A stretch of 64,000 bases of DNA from Myxococcota bacterium (GCA_039028615.1 JBCCHT010000014.1:128001-192000); one strand, 5' to 3'. Shown: positions 29,298-39,446, numbered from the stretch's first letter. Notes: generated by a model not told the origin, from the sequence alone. A program made the numbers and translations.

Positions 29298-30488
29298 ATG
29301 GTCTCGGCTGCCTTCGCTCGCCATGTGGCGCTCATGACGCTACTCGTCGGATCTGCCGCCTGTTCGGAGGGTTCCGCCGCCGAACCGAGAGCTGCGGTGT
29401 CTGTTTCGGCGGACGCCGAAGCCCCCGCGCCCGCGGTGAAGGCCCCGGCCGTCCCTTCCCCGGCCGCCACGACCACGCTGGCCGCCGCGCAAGCCGCGAA
29501 CGTGGCTCCGAGCCGGGCCGTCGTCGCCGACCCGATCGAGCCCGCCGATCCCCTGCGTCCGCTCTCGGCCGACGAGCGCACACGCTTCGCCGCGGGGGAT
29601 CGAGACGAGCCGATCCCGGTCGAGATCCACTACATCCAGAGCAACGAGACCCGACACGACCTGTTCTTCCCGTTCCTCGAGCAGCTCGGGGGAGCGTTCG
29701 TCGGCGTCGGCTCGGACCAGAGCTTCACCATGGCCGCCGCGGCTCGGGCCGAGCTGCTGATCATGATGGACATCGATCACCGCGTGGTCGACCTGCACCA
29801 GATCTACGCCGTGCTGATCCCCGAGGCACACAGCCCTCGAGCGCTCGTGGACGCGTTCGAGAGCGACGCCCAGGCCGCCGTGCTCGCGCGACTCGAAGAC
29901 GCGTTCGCCGACCGGACCCCGGCCGAGCGCCGTCGCCTGCTGCAGGGCTATCGCGCCAGCCGAGAGACCGTGCTCCGACACCTGCACCGGGTGATCGACC
30001 GTCGCGTCGACGGCGAGCCCGCGTCGTGGCTGTCCGACCCCGCCATGTTCGAGCACCTGCAGACGCTGTATCGCAGCGGTCGGGTGCGGGTCCTGCCCGG
30101 CAACCTCGCGGGCGAGTCCAGCATGCAGACCATCGGGGCCGTCACCCGAGACCTCGGCATCCCCGTGCGTGCGCTGTACCTGAGCAACGCCGAGGAGTAC
30201 TTCATGTACACGCCGCAGTTCGTCGCCAACATCCAGGCCCTGCCCGTGGACGAGCGCAGCATCGTGCTGCGGACCATCTACGCCAAGACCTGGGAGCACG
30301 CCGACCTTTGGGCGTACCAGGTGCAGTCCGCCGCCGATTTCGTCGAGCGCCTGGGCGATCGAAGCCGCGCCAGCGGGCGGAAGGCCATGCTCCGCCACGC
30401 CGTCAAGGACGGCGTCATCGACCACGCACCAGGTCCCAAGGGCCTGTCGCTGCTGGCGATGGAGCGCGCCCTGACCGACGACGAGTGA
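29298..30488 (+). CDS. Hypothetical lipoprotein
   Basis: SAAC lipobox, Ala/Pro linker, globular domain (SNETRHDLF, GGAFVGVGSDQ, YLSNAEEY). Confidence 0.75.
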   Translation: MVSAAFARHVALMTLLVGSAACSEGSAAEPRAAVSVSADAEAPAPAVKAPAVPSPAATTTLAAAQAANVAPSRAVVADPIEPADPLRPLSADERTRFAAGDRDEPIPVEIHYIQSNETRHDLFFPFLEQLGGAFVGVGSDQSFTMAAAARAELLIMMDIDHRVVDLHQIYAVLIPEAHSPRALVDAFESDAQAAVLARLEDAFADRTPAERRRLLQGYRASRETVLRHLHRVIDRRVDGEPASWLSDPAMFEHLQTLYRSGRVRVLPGNLAGESSMQTIGAVTRDLGIPVRALYLSNAEEYFMYTPQFVANIQALPVDERSIVLRTIYAKTWEHADLWAYQVQSAADFVERLGDRSRASGRKAMLRHAVKDGVIDHAPGPKGLSLLAMERALTDDE

Positions 30489-30537
30489 TCCAGATCCCTG
30501 GCGAAGGCCGCGGGCCCGCCGATACCGTGCGCTCGCC

Positions 30538-31020
30538 ATGTCCGTAAAGAGCGCGCGACCCGGTCATTGGGTCTTGGTCATCACCCTCCTGGCAATGGCT
30601 TTGGCCGCGTTCACCATGGATCGCTCGGCCGCGCTCGACCTGTGCGGGCCCGACTCGCCCGACCCCTTCGGCCGCGCGCTGTGGGACTACGGGCAGCGCT
30701 ACGATCCGCTCGTGTCCGACAACCCGTTCTTCTTGCGGGTGATGTCGGGCCTGAGCGCGTTCGTGTTCGGCCCCCTCGAGCTGCTCATCGCCTACGGCCT
30801 GTGGAAGGGCCGCGCCTGGGTCCGCCTGCCCGCCATCGTGTGGTCGGTGGCCATGCTCTACTCGATGGTCGTGCACACCATCGCCGAGCTGTGGGGACCC
30901 CTGCCCCCGCCCAACCCGGTCATCGCCGTGGCGGCCTATACCGCGTACATCATCGTGCCGCTCGTGCTGCTGTGGCGCTTCCGCGAGGGGCTCGTCGGTC
31001 CCGCGAGCCCCTCCGCATGA
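30538..31020 (+). CDS. EXPERA/EBP-like (TMEM97/DUF2781-type) 4-TM membrane protein
   Basis: Four TM segments; DYG..YDPL...P.F, FVFGP, A.YI.VPL pattern. Confidence 0.6.
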   Translation: MSVKSARPGHWVLVITLLAMALAAFTMDRSAALDLCGPDSPDPFGRALWDYGQRYDPLVSDNPFFLRVMSGLSAFVFGPLELLIAYGLWKGRAWVRLPAIVWSVAMLYSMVVHTIAELWGPLPPPNPVIAVAAYTAYIIVPLVLLWRFREGLVGPASPSA

Positions 31021-31072
31021 GCGCGGTGCGTCGACGCGACCGAAGCCGCGCCGACACTCCGTCACGATCCAC

Positions 31073-31762
31073 CTAGCCGCACACGCCCGGGCACGGGCAC
31101 GTGAAGCAGTACTGGGGCTGGCAGGCCTGGCCGTAGCCGCAGTCATTGTCGTCGTGGCAGCCCGCCACGCACTCCATCTGGTCGGTGCCGCAGCCGGGGA
31201 ACGACGGCTCGCACACCGTGCCCGGACCGCAGTCGTAGTCGCTCTCGCAGCTGGTGTCGTCGGGGATGCAGTTGCCCGGGCACGGGCAGGTCACGCACAC
31301 CACCGGGTCGCAGATTTCGCCGGAGCCGCAGTCGGCATCCTCGTGGCAGCCCGCCACGCACTGCATGTCGTCGAGGTCGCAGCTGGGACCGCCCGGCTCG
31401 CACACCGTGCCCTGCCCGCAATCGTCGTCGTCTTCGCAGCCGTCGCCGCCCTCGGGCTGACAGCTGCCCGGACACGGACACGTCACGCAGTCGACCTGCT
31501 CGCAGAACTCGCCCGAGCCGCAGTCGGCGTCCTCGTGACAGCCGGGCACGCACGAGCTCTTGTTCACGTTGCAAAGAGGCCCGGAGGGTTCGCAGACCGT
31601 GCCGTCGTTGCAGTCGGTATCGTCCTCACAGGGGGCCTTTTGCTCTGCGGCCGCGGACAGCTTGCGGTAGCTCAGATCGTCGGTGGGCTCCTCACCGAGA
31701 TCGCAGCCGACCGCGATGCCGAAGGCCATGGACAGAGCGAGGGGAATCGTCAAAAAGCGCAT
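31073..31762 (-). CDS. Cys-rich repeat lipoprotein (three ~57-aa units)
   Basis: AVGC lipobox; three units CxxDxDCxxGTVCEP..C....CVxGCHxDxDCG....C.TCPCPGxC. Confidence 0.85.
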   Translation of the reverse strand: MRFLTIPLALSMAFGIAVGCDLGEEPTDDLSYRKLSAAAEQKAPCEDDTDCNDGTVCEPSGPLCNVNKSSCVPGCHEDADCGSGEFCEQVDCVTCPCPGSCQPEGGDGCEDDDDCGQGTVCEPGGPSCDLDDMQCVAGCHEDADCGSGEICDPVVCVTCPCPGNCIPDDTSCESDYDCGPGTVCEPSFPGCGTDQMECVAGCHDDNDCGYGQACQPQYCFTCPCPGVCG

Positions 31763-31765
31763 GGG

Positions 31766-31825
31766 GTCTCGTTTCGTCGTCGTGGTCGCGATGCACGACC
31801 ACGAAGTGACAAGCGCAAACGAGAC
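31766..31825 (-). promoter_or_regulatory. Nested inverted repeat in the 5' leader of the Cys-rich gene
   Basis: GTCTCGTTT(31766-74)/AAACGAGAC(31817-25) enclosing TCGTGGTCG(31780-88)/CGACCACGA(31796-804). Confidence 0.5.
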
Positions 31826-31858
31826 GAGAACCTGATCAGCCTCGCGTCGATTTTTTTC

Positions 31859-32818
31859 TCACTGGCAAACGCCGAGCGATTCGAAACCTTCGGGGGCCAC
31901 GCCGACGAAGTACGGCAAGCACACCGTGCCCGGGTTCGCGCTCGCGCAGCCATCGTCGGCGCCCGGGTCGTCGTGGTCGCACCACGGCGTGCAGCAGGCG
32001 TAGCTCTCGCAGCTCGGGAGCGCGTCTTCGAGCACGCACAGCGAGTCGGGATCGCAGACCTCGTCCGCACAGGCGCCATCGCCTCCGGTAATCGTGGCCC
32101 CGAGGGTCGGCACGCAGACCGGCAACCCATCGCCCGGCTCCGCCCGACACTCCTCGTCTTCGTCGCAGGCGACCGGGTCGAGCGGGTCGCACAGCGCCAG
32201 GCAGACCGGCGCCGTCGCATCGTTCAGCGGGGCGCAGACCGAAGCCTCCGGGCACGCCTCGGGGTCCGTGGGATTGCAGAACGCCTCGCAGGTTCCGGTG
32301 AGCGTCTCGGGATCGACCTCCCAACAAAACGCGAAGCGCTCGCAATCATCCAGGCCCGACGCGACGCCACCCTCCACTGTGCACGAGCCTCCGACGGGTA
32401 CCGGGTCCGGCGCGATCGGTGAGCAGCGCGTCGAGTTCCACTCGTCGGAGCCATCGTTGGCCCACGGTGTGCAACGTTCATCCGAAGGGCAGTCCTGCAC
32501 GATCACGTCGCACGTATAGGAGCAGTGCCACCGCGAGCCGTCGGGGCCGACTTCGACGCAGCTGCTGGTCGGGTCGTCGATGAACGCGGCGCCCGTCGAC
32601 TCGGTCGACTCGCTGGACCCCGTCGTGCTGGTGGCCGTCGTCGTGCTGGTGGCGGGCGGCAGGCCTCCCGTGCTGTCGTCCGAGGGAATGCCGGAACCGC
32701 TGGCGCTCGGGCCTCCGGTGGTGGAATCGGGCGACTCACCCGTGTCTTGGAGGCTGGGATCGAGGCTCGGGCCACAGGCCACCACGAACGCCAGCGACGC
32801 CCACAATGTCGACCTCAT
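31859..32818 (-). CDS. Cys-rich lipoprotein with Ser/Thr/Gly linker (Nannocystaceae-type family)
   Basis: VVAC lipobox; CDVIVQDCPSDERCTPWANDG..WNSTRC, DDCE..FCWEVD, CCTPWCD, terminal GVC. Confidence 0.8.
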   Translation of the reverse strand: MRSTLWASLAFVVACGPSLDPSLQDTGESPDSTTGGPSASGSGIPSDDSTGGLPPATSTTTATSTTGSSESTESTGAAFIDDPTSSCVEVGPDGSRWHCSYTCDVIVQDCPSDERCTPWANDGSDEWNSTRCSPIAPDPVPVGGSCTVEGGVASGLDDCERFAFCWEVDPETLTGTCEAFCNPTDPEACPEASVCAPLNDATAPVCLALCDPLDPVACDEDEECRAEPGDGLPVCVPTLGATITGGDGACADEVCDPDSLCVLEDALPSCESYACCTPWCDHDDPGADDGCASANPGTVCLPYFVGVAPEGFESLGVCQ

Positions 32819-33247
32819 CGGTACTCTCGCCCTCAAGACCAACAAAACATACTATCAAAACCTTCATAACTTCAACCGAGATGCTCTTTCTTTCGTGGAC
32901 CCCGATCGGCGCTTGTGACGCAATACGCGGACGGCCGCTCTCCTTAGGCGACCAACCGCACGTTCGGGCCGAGGGCAGCCGTGCTCTCCTCGTTTCACGA
33001 TCGAAGCCCGACACCGACCCAACCCCAGCGAAATCATCCTTGCCGTTTCGAACCTCGGCCGATCACTCGCGTCCACGGCCGCCCTCTCGACAGCGTGTTG
33101 GCCGATCGGAATTCAACGGTTCGTTTCCGAGCCGACGCCACCCACGTCTCGTTCTTCTCCTGCGACAGTGAGTTGAATCGAACGAAGACTATCCCTTTCG
33201 TCACTCGCATCATGGTCACCGGAAAAAGTCATGCTATCAGGAAAACC

Positions 33248-33559
33248 ATGACACCTCGCAGAGGACGACACCTCGGCATTCACTGCATGCTCGCCCTGTG
33301 TATCAGCACAGTCTCACTATATGGATGTGACGACGTCGAAGACATCGAAGACATCGAAGACATCGAACTCGAAGAAGAGGACGAGGACGTCGAGTTCCGT
33401 GGCGTTTCCGCCCTCGAGTATTGCGCGACGCTCGACATGATCTTGGCGAACAACCCACTGTCACGCGACGCCCAGTTCGGCGCCGCAATCGGCTGGAATC
33501 ACGCCAATTGCAACCAATTCTCTCCGGTCGAACTGTGGAACAACTGGCCCACGCACTGA
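33248..33559 (+). CDS. Small lipoprotein (103 aa): acidic linker plus 52-aa C-terminal domain
   Basis: AGGAAAACC-ATG; LYGC lipobox; DDVEDIEDIEDIELEEEDEDVEFR, then a domain with two Cys. Confidence 0.65.
   Translation: MTPRRGRHLGIHCMLALCISTVSLYGCDDVEDIEDIEDIELEEEDEDVEFRGVSALEYCATLDMILANNPLSRDAQFGAAIGWNHANCNQFSPVELWNNWPTH
33338..33367 (+). repeat. 9-bp tandem repeat (GAAGACATC)x3.3
   Basis: Read directly; encodes EDI-EDI-EDI-E. Confidence 0.9.
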
Positions 33560-33838
33560 GCTGAGCCAGCCATTCACCGAGCCCGGGCTGTAGAAAATTC
33601 GCAGCCCGGACTCGCATGAGTTGAACTCGTCACATTTTCATGTCGCATTGGTGACAACAACGTCAATCGAGCGACCTCGTCGAGAGGACAACGCGAGCTA
33701 GGATCTACAATTGGGCCACAATAATTGAACACTCGGTCTCATGAGCTGGCCGAGTCATAAACCTCGGTAGCGTGTGCACATTTCGTGCAGTCACGGGCTC
33801 CCGCGCCGTAAAGATGCCGGGGCCGAAGTTTGGTCGAC

Positions 33839-34267
33839 CTACTCGTCGCCGGGCGTCGGCACGCGACCGTCGCAATCGCGGCGCTCGACCACCTCGATGC
33901 GATCGCCGTCGACCTGCACCGTGGTGTGGGTCCCCGCGGGCACGCCCACCCTACGCGTGGCGACCGGCTTCCCCGAGACCCACAGTTCCGCCGCGAGCCG
34001 CCCCTTGGCGCCGTCGGGGCCGACCACGCACTCGCCCGGCAGCACCACCGTCTCGCCCAGCCGCAGCTCGTGCAGGCCATCGTCGTCCCCCGACAGGCAC
34101 AGCACGGGCGGCGAGTCGGGCGCGCATGCGCGCCGGTCGGTGGAGTGCCAGCCCTGCGTGGGCGCACAGCCCACGGCGGCCGCCAGCGCAGCACCCAGGG
34201 CCCAACGCGCGGCGGCGCGTGGTTTGTGGCAAGCTGAACGGCGGTGGCGCGGCGTCGCGACAACCAT
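33839..34267 (-). CDS. Hypothetical lipoprotein
   Basis: WALGAALAAAVGC lipobox then a beta-rich domain. Start uncertain (overlaps the DUF721 start). Confidence 0.55.
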   Translation of the reverse strand: MVVATPRHRRSACHKPRAAARWALGAALAAAVGCAPTQGWHSTDRRACAPDSPPVLCLSGDDDGLHELRLGETVVLPGECVVGPDGAKGRLAAELWVSGKPVATRRVGVPAGTHTTVQVDGDRIEVVERRDCDGRVPTPGDE

Positions 34268-34714
34268 GGGAACTCGGTCCAGGCCTCTCGCCTGGCGTGG
34301 CGCGAGGTGTTCAAGACGGTCCCTCGCGACCGCATCGATCTGGCGCGATTGCAGAACGCGTGGCCGGGCATCGTGCCGCGGCACATGCAGGAAGTGGCCT
34401 GGCCGGCGTGGCTGGCCGAGGGGCGCCTCATCGTGCACGTCGAGGACAACCAGTGGCTGCACGAGCTCAACTACATGCGCGCCGACCTGCTCTCCGAGCT
34501 GCGGCGTGCCTGCCCCCGCACCCGGCTGGTCGAGCTGCGGCTGCGGGTGGGTGAGGTGGAGATCACGCCCCCGCCCGAGCGTCCGCCCGAGCCCAAGATC
34601 CAGGGACTCCCCGCGGAGCCCGAGCGAGCGACCCTCGACGCCATGCAGTCGATCGACGACGACCAGCTGCGCGACGCCATCGCGGCGGCCCGCCTCGCCC
34701 TGGGCTCGCGCTGA
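34244..34714 (+). CDS. DUF721/DciA family protein
   Basis: LQNAWPGIV...A.P..L..GRLIVHVEDNQWLHELNYMRADLL..L pattern. Confidence 0.8.
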   Translation: MARRRDNHGNSVQASRLAWREVFKTVPRDRIDLARLQNAWPGIVPRHMQEVAWPAWLAEGRLIVHVEDNQWLHELNYMRADLLSELRRACPRTRLVELRLRVGEVEITPPPERPPEPKIQGLPAEPERATLDAMQSIDDDQLRDAIAAARLALGSR

Positions 34715-34716
34715 GC

Positions 34717-35523
34717 TCACGAGGACGACTTCTCCGGGCGAGTGAGCGCGGCAGCGATGGAGGCGACCTTGGCTCCCAACGCCTCGGTCCCCTGCTGGGC
34801 CGCTTCGATGAAGGCGGATCCGACGACGATGCCGTCGACGTGGGGCGCCAAGGCGGCAGCCTGCTCGGGCTCGCGGATGCCGAAGCCCACCGCGATGGGC
34901 CGCTCGGTGTGCTCGCCGATGGCCCGCAGCTGAGCGGCCAGCTCCTCGCTGTTGGCGTCGAGCGCCGCCCCGGTCACGCCGCGCAGCGCCACCGCATAGA
35001 CGAAGCCCGAGGCGGCCTTGGCCACCGAGGGCAGCCGCGAGGCGGGAGTGGTGGGCGCCACGAGGGTCACCCAGCCGATGCCCGCCGCTTCGACCGGGTC
35101 GCGAAGCTCGGCCGCATGCTCGGGCGGCAGGTCGACCACGAGCACCGCGTCGATGCCCGCCTCGCTCAGCCGCGAGCCCAACGCGTCACCCAGCTGCAAC
35201 AGCGGGTTGGCGTACGAGAACAAGACGATGGGACCGTCCCAGCCGGAGCGCAGCTCGGCCGCCAGCTCGAGCACCCCGGCCATGGTGGACCCGGCCGCCC
35301 GCGCCCGATTCATCGCCCCCTGCACCGCGTCCCCGTCGGCCGCAGGATCGGAGAACGCCACCCCGAGCTCGATGACGTCGACACCATGCTCCACGGCCGC
35401 GCGAAGCAGCGCCAGCGAGGTGTCGCGATCGGGGTCGAACGCGGTCAGGTACCCGACCAGCGCGGCCCGGTTGCGCTCGCGGCAGGCAGCAAAGGTCTCG
35501 GCGATGCGATCACGAGCGGTCAT
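34717..35523 (-). CDS. trpA: Tryptophan synthase alpha chain
   Basis: [41 protein letters not shown]. Confidence 0.97.
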   Translation of the reverse strand: MTARDRIAETFAACRERNRAALVGYLTAFDPDRDTSLALLRAAVEHGVDVIELGVAFSDPAADGDAVQGAMNRARAAGSTMAGVLELAAELRSGWDGPIVLFSYANPLLQLGDALGSRLSEAGIDAVLVVDLPPEHAAELRDPVEAAGIGWVTLVAPTTPASRLPSVAKAASGFVYAVALRGVTGAALDANSEELAAQLRAIGEHTERPIAVGFGIREPEQAAALAPHVDGIVVGSAFIEAAQQGTEALGAKVASIAAALTRPEKSSS

Positions 35524-36722
35524 TGGTCTCCCTCACCCTGCTGCATGTCCTGGCGCGCCATCACGGTGTGCATGTCCTTGTCCCCGCGCCCCGACAGGTT
35601 GAGCATCAAGGTGCGCGAAGGGTCTTCTTTGGCGAGCGCGGGCAAGGCGGCCACGGCATGGGCCGTCTCGAGCGCGGGAATGATGCCTTCGGTCCGCGAC
35701 AGCAGCTTCAGCCCCTCGAGCGCCTCTTCGTCGGTCACGCTCATGTAGCGAGCGCGGCCGGTCTCGGCGAGGTAGGCGTGCTCGGGGCCGATGCCCGGGT
35801 AGTCGAGCCCGGCCGAGATCGAGTGCGCCTCTTGGAGCTGCCCGTCGCCGTCTTGCAGCACCAGGCTGCGCATGCCGTGGTAGATGCCCAGCTGGCCCTG
35901 GCTCATGGTGGCGGCGTGCTTGCCCTGCAGGCCTTCACCCGCTGCCTCGACGCCGATCAGGTCGACCCCGGCATCATCGACGAAGCCGCTGAAGATGCCC
36001 ATCGCGTTGGAGCCTCCGCCCACGCAGGCGACCACCGCCCCGGGCAGCTCGCCGGTCATGCTCAGGCACTGCTCGCGCGCCTCGGTCCCGATGACGCGGT
36101 GCAGCTCGCGGACCATGGTCGGATAGGGATCCGGGCCCATCACGCTGCCGATGAGGTAGTGGGTGTCGTCGACGTTGGCGACCCAGTCGCGCAGCGCCTC
36201 GTTGATGGCGTCCTTGAGCGTGGCCGAGCCGGAGTGCACGGGCACGACCTCGGCCCCCAGCAGGCGCATGCGGAACACGTTGAGCGCCTGCCGCTCGACA
36301 TCCACCGCGCCCATGTACACGACGCAGGGCAACCCGAAGTGAGCACAGACCGTCGCCGTGGCCACGCCGTGCTGGCCCGCGCCGGTCTCCGCGATGATGC
36401 GGGTCTTGCCGAGCCTGCGCGCGAGCAGCACTTGCCCCACGCAGTTGTTGATCTTGTGGGAACCGGTGTGGTTGAGGTCCTCGCGCTTGAGCAAGACCTT
36501 GGCCGCACCGATGGCCTCGGCCAGGCGCGGCGCCGGAGTCAGCGGCGACGGACGGCCCACGTACTCGGCCAAGATCCGGCGGTACTCCGCCCGGAAGCTC
36601 TCGTCCGGCCAGGTCTCCGCCCACGCCTTGCCCAGTGCCTCCACGACGGGCATGAGGGTTTCGGCAACGTAGCGACCCCCGAAGGGGCCGAACTCGAGTG
36701 ACGGGCCTGACGAGGCAGTCAT
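35520..36722 (-). CDS. trpB: Tryptophan synthase beta chain
   Basis: [60 protein letters not shown] overlaps with neighbours. Confidence 0.98.
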   Translation of the reverse strand: MTASSGPSLEFGPFGGRYVAETLMPVVEALGKAWAETWPDESFRAEYRRILAEYVGRPSPLTPAPRLAEAIGAAKVLLKREDLNHTGSHKINNCVGQVLLARRLGKTRIIAETGAGQHGVATATVCAHFGLPCVVYMGAVDVERQALNVFRMRLLGAEVVPVHSGSATLKDAINEALRDWVANVDDTHYLIGSVMGPDPYPTMVRELHRVIGTEAREQCLSMTGELPGAVVACVGGGSNAMGIFSGFVDDAGVDLIGVEAAGEGLQGKHAATMSQGQLGIYHGMRSLVLQDGDGQLQEAHSISAGLDYPGIGPEHAYLAETGRARYMSVTDEEALEGLKLLSRTEGIIPALETAHAVAALPALAKEDPSRTLMLNLSGRGDKDMHTVMARQDMQQGEGDQ

Positions 36723-37372
36723 GATTCGGGGTAGTTGTGGCAAATCGCGGCCAGGGCCGCAATCTTGGCCGCGTCCTTACGCCGTGGATCGCCGGTTCGC
36801 TCTGCACCGCTGGCCACATCCAGTCCGGCGGGATTCACCTGGCGCAGGGCGGCCGCGGCATTGTCGGGTGTGATCCCGCCCGCCAGCCAGACCGGCGCGC
36901 CGTCGAGTCGTTGCACCGCCGTGGCGGCCCACGACCAATCGGTGGTCTTGCCCACCCCGCCGTAGCCGGGCACGTGGGCGTCCAGCAGGATCCACGCCGG
37001 GGCCGGCGACGGGATCTCCAGCGTCTCCAAGTCCGGCGTTCCGCGCACGACCCAGAGCCAGGGAAAACCCAGTCGCGCGTAGGGCAATGGCGAGGCGTCG
37101 CCATGCAATTGAACCGCATCCAGCCCGATCTCCTCGACCGCCGCCTTCACCTCCTCGGGTGAGGGGTCGACGAATACGCCCACCAACGACGCTGCACCTC
37201 CGCCATCGCGCACCCGCTGCGCCAAGGGCTTGGCCTCCGCCACCGTGAGCGCCCGCTTGGACTTGGGCCACAGGTTCAGGCCGATCGCATCGACCCGGTG
37301 CTCGAGACAGGCATCGATGTCGTCGAGGTGGGTGACTCCACAGACCTTCAGGGACGCTCGACCGGCCGCCAC
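36719..37372 (-). CDS. trpF: Phosphoribosylanthranilate isomerase
   Basis: [43 protein letters not shown]. Confidence 0.95.
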   Translation of the reverse strand: MAAGRASLKVCGVTHLDDIDACLEHRVDAIGLNLWPKSKRALTVAEAKPLAQRVRDGGGAASLVGVFVDPSPEEVKAAVEEIGLDAVQLHGDASPLPYARLGFPWLWVVRGTPDLETLEIPSPAPAWILLDAHVPGYGGVGKTTDWSWAATAVQRLDGAPVWLAGGITPDNAAAALRQVNPAGLDVASGAERTGDPRRKDAAKIAALAAICHNYPES

Positions 37373-37496
37373 GGGGCCGAGTCTAGACCAACTCGACCGA
37401 GCGAGCCTCCGTCGCTTCGCCGGATTTTCGCGAACGAACAGCGTTTATGCAGCGATGCATCGTCCGGGGGCCGAAGCCCGCCCTCACAGGTTCCGC

Positions 37497-38306
37497 ATGA
37501 CGCGTGGACACCCACTTTTCACCGCCATCGTCCTGGTGGCGGCGGGCTGCACGGCACGGAACCCGCTGTTCGATCCCGATGGCGACGCTGGTTCCGCCGA
37601 GGCCAGCGGTATGAGCGGCGGTGACTCCGGCACCACGGGCGGCGTGCTGCCCGGACCCGACACTCGCGATGGTTCGACCGGAGATCCAGATCGGCCCCTG
37701 CCGGACGGAAGCACGAGTGACGACGGGAAGGGCAGCTCGTCGGGATCCGCCGAATCGAGTGCGTCCACCTCCGATGCGGTGTCCGAGTCGTCGACCGGAG
37801 AGCCCGCCGACTGCGATCCGCTCGAGCTCGTGGATGTCACGTGCTCGGATTTCGACGCGGGCCTCACGGGTGAAGTGCACTGCACCGCGGCCGGAGACTA
37901 CGACCTGCGCAGCTGCAGCGACCAAAACCCGTGCAACATCAATTCCCCGGACGAAGGTGCGTACGTCGACGGGGCATGCTGGCTCGTCGTCCCGTCCGGC
38001 GGGTGTGACATCCACTTCGACGTCCCCGCGTTTTGTGCCTCCCACGGGGCCACGGGCTCTCACGGATGGATCGGAGGCCTGCACTGGAATCCGCAGCGGG
38101 CCAACGCAATCGCGCTCCAGCTCGGGTTGCCCTACGTCGGGACCACCCAGACGACGGTCGGCTTCGCGTTCGTCGACGGTGAGGCGGGCACCCTCAACCT
38201 GTCTGCGGCTACATTGATGGACGATGAATTCGTCGGCTACACGAACTGGGGCATCTGCGGCAACCTGGAGGACATGCGGAACCTGATCTACTGCACCCCC
38301 GCGTAG
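37497..38306 (+). CDS. Hypothetical lipoprotein with Ser/Gly/Asp linker and Cys-containing domain
   Basis: AAGC lipobox followed by NPLF; low-complexity linker. Confidence 0.7.
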   Translation: MTRGHPLFTAIVLVAAGCTARNPLFDPDGDAGSAEASGMSGGDSGTTGGVLPGPDTRDGSTGDPDRPLPDGSTSDDGKGSSSGSAESSASTSDAVSESSTGEPADCDPLELVDVTCSDFDAGLTGEVHCTAAGDYDLRSCSDQNPCNINSPDEGAYVDGACWLVVPSGGCDIHFDVPAFCASHGATGSHGWIGGLHWNPQRANAIALQLGLPYVGTTQTTVGFAFVDGEAGTLNLSAATLMDDEFVGYTNWGICGNLEDMRNLIYCTPA

Positions 38307-38328
38307 GACGACCTCGGGTGCCCGCCCG

Positions 38329-39387
38329 TCAGCCCGAGGTGCGAGCCGAACGGTCGCGCCACGCGGCGGGCGTCTGCCCCGTCCATCGCCGAAACGACCG
38401 ATGAAACGTGCTCGGCTCGCTGTAGCCGAGCAGGTACGCGACCTCGTGAATCGCCACGGAAGGGTCGGCCAGCCACGCCTGGGCCAGCCGTTGTCGGACC
38501 GACTCGAGCAGCTCTCGAAACGACGCGCCCTCTTCTTGGAGGCGTCGGCCCAGCGTGCGAGGGCTCAGCCCCATGCGCTGGGCGACTTGTTCCTTGCTGG
38601 TCACCCCTTGGGTCAGCTCCTCGAGCAGCAGCGCCTCGACCTGCTGCGCACAGCCCTCTTCGACCGGTTCTTGGGGTTTGAGCGCCTCGAGCAGGCGCAG
38701 CAACGAAGGCTGGAGCTCGGGTCGCGCCCCGACGACGGGCAGGTCGAGCACATCGGACGGTAGCGTGAGCGCGTTGAGCTCGGCACCGAATTCGGCGGGA
38801 CAACCCACCCGCTGCTCGAACTCTTCGGGCGGCCCCGCGGGGTGGTGACGAAACTGCAGGCGTCGCGGATTCCAGGGGACCCCCGTCAGCCGTCGCCCGA
38901 GCATGACCCACAGCGCCAGCTGGGTCTCCAACGGAAACGCCAGCGCCTGCATCCGCGGGTGGGCCTCCACGATGATGCGCGGCTCGGGTTCGTCGGTGAG
39001 CTGCCAGGACACGGCCGGCGACAAGATCGCCTGGTAGCGCATGAACGCACCGAGAGCGGCGCGGAGGTTGGCGCAGTGGCGAATCGCATAACCCAGGACC
39101 CCGAGCATCGACGGCCGCACGTAGTCCAGCGTCGCCAATCCGATGTTCATGCCCGGTCGAGCTCGAGCCATCGCCTCCCCCAGCGCGATCTGCTGGGACA
39201 GGAGCACGTACCCATCGCGATCGACCAGCGCCGATTCCTCGAGTCCGATCTCGGCCAGCAATGTCGCTCGGTCGAGTCCGAGGCCAGCCGCCGCATGCAA
39301 CACCAAGTGCATGACGGAAATCTGAACCTTCGGATCGTCGGGTGTCTCCACCGACCACGAGAATACCGCGGTGGCCGCTTCGGCCAA
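38329..39387 (-). CDS. AraC-family transcriptional regulator (Arabinose_bd_2/OruR type)
   Basis: LGVLGYAI, VAQRMGLSPRTLGRRLQEEG, EVAYLLGYSEPSTFHRSFRRWTGQTP. True start may be downstream. Confidence 0.92.
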   Translation of the reverse strand: MAEAATAVFSWSVETPDDPKVQISVMHLVLHAAAGLGLDRATLLAEIGLEESALVDRDGYVLLSQQIALGEAMARARPGMNIGLATLDYVRPSMLGVLGYAIRHCANLRAALGAFMRYQAILSPAVSWQLTDEPEPRIIVEAHPRMQALAFPLETQLALWVMLGRRLTGVPWNPRRLQFRHHPAGPPEEFEQRVGCPAEFGAELNALTLPSDVLDLPVVGARPELQPSLLRLLEALKPQEPVEEGCAQQVEALLLEELTQGVTSKEQVAQRMGLSPRTLGRRLQEEGASFRELLESVRQRLAQAWLADPSVAIHEVAYLLGYSEPSTFHRSFRRWTGQTPAAWRDRSARTSG

Positions 39388-39446
39388 TGGTTTGGCTCAA
39401 AGTGTCCGTAGCCCCCACGTTGGCCGACATTACAGTGTCAATTGCG

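Noticed and set aside
28286..30488. Extensive overlap of the track ORFs 28286-29581 (-) and 28626-30488 (+)
   Set aside because: Artefact of maximal ORF extension; likely starts are 29050 and 29298, leaving a normal divergent spacer.
33303..33617. 104-aa minus-strand ORF
   Set aside because: Arg/Cys-rich antisense reading of the small lipoprotein gene, which has the better RBS and a lipobox.
34717..37372. trpFBA as dedicated Trp supply for the RiPP cluster
   Set aside because: About 8 kb away, separated by unrelated genes, with ordinary housekeeping organisation.
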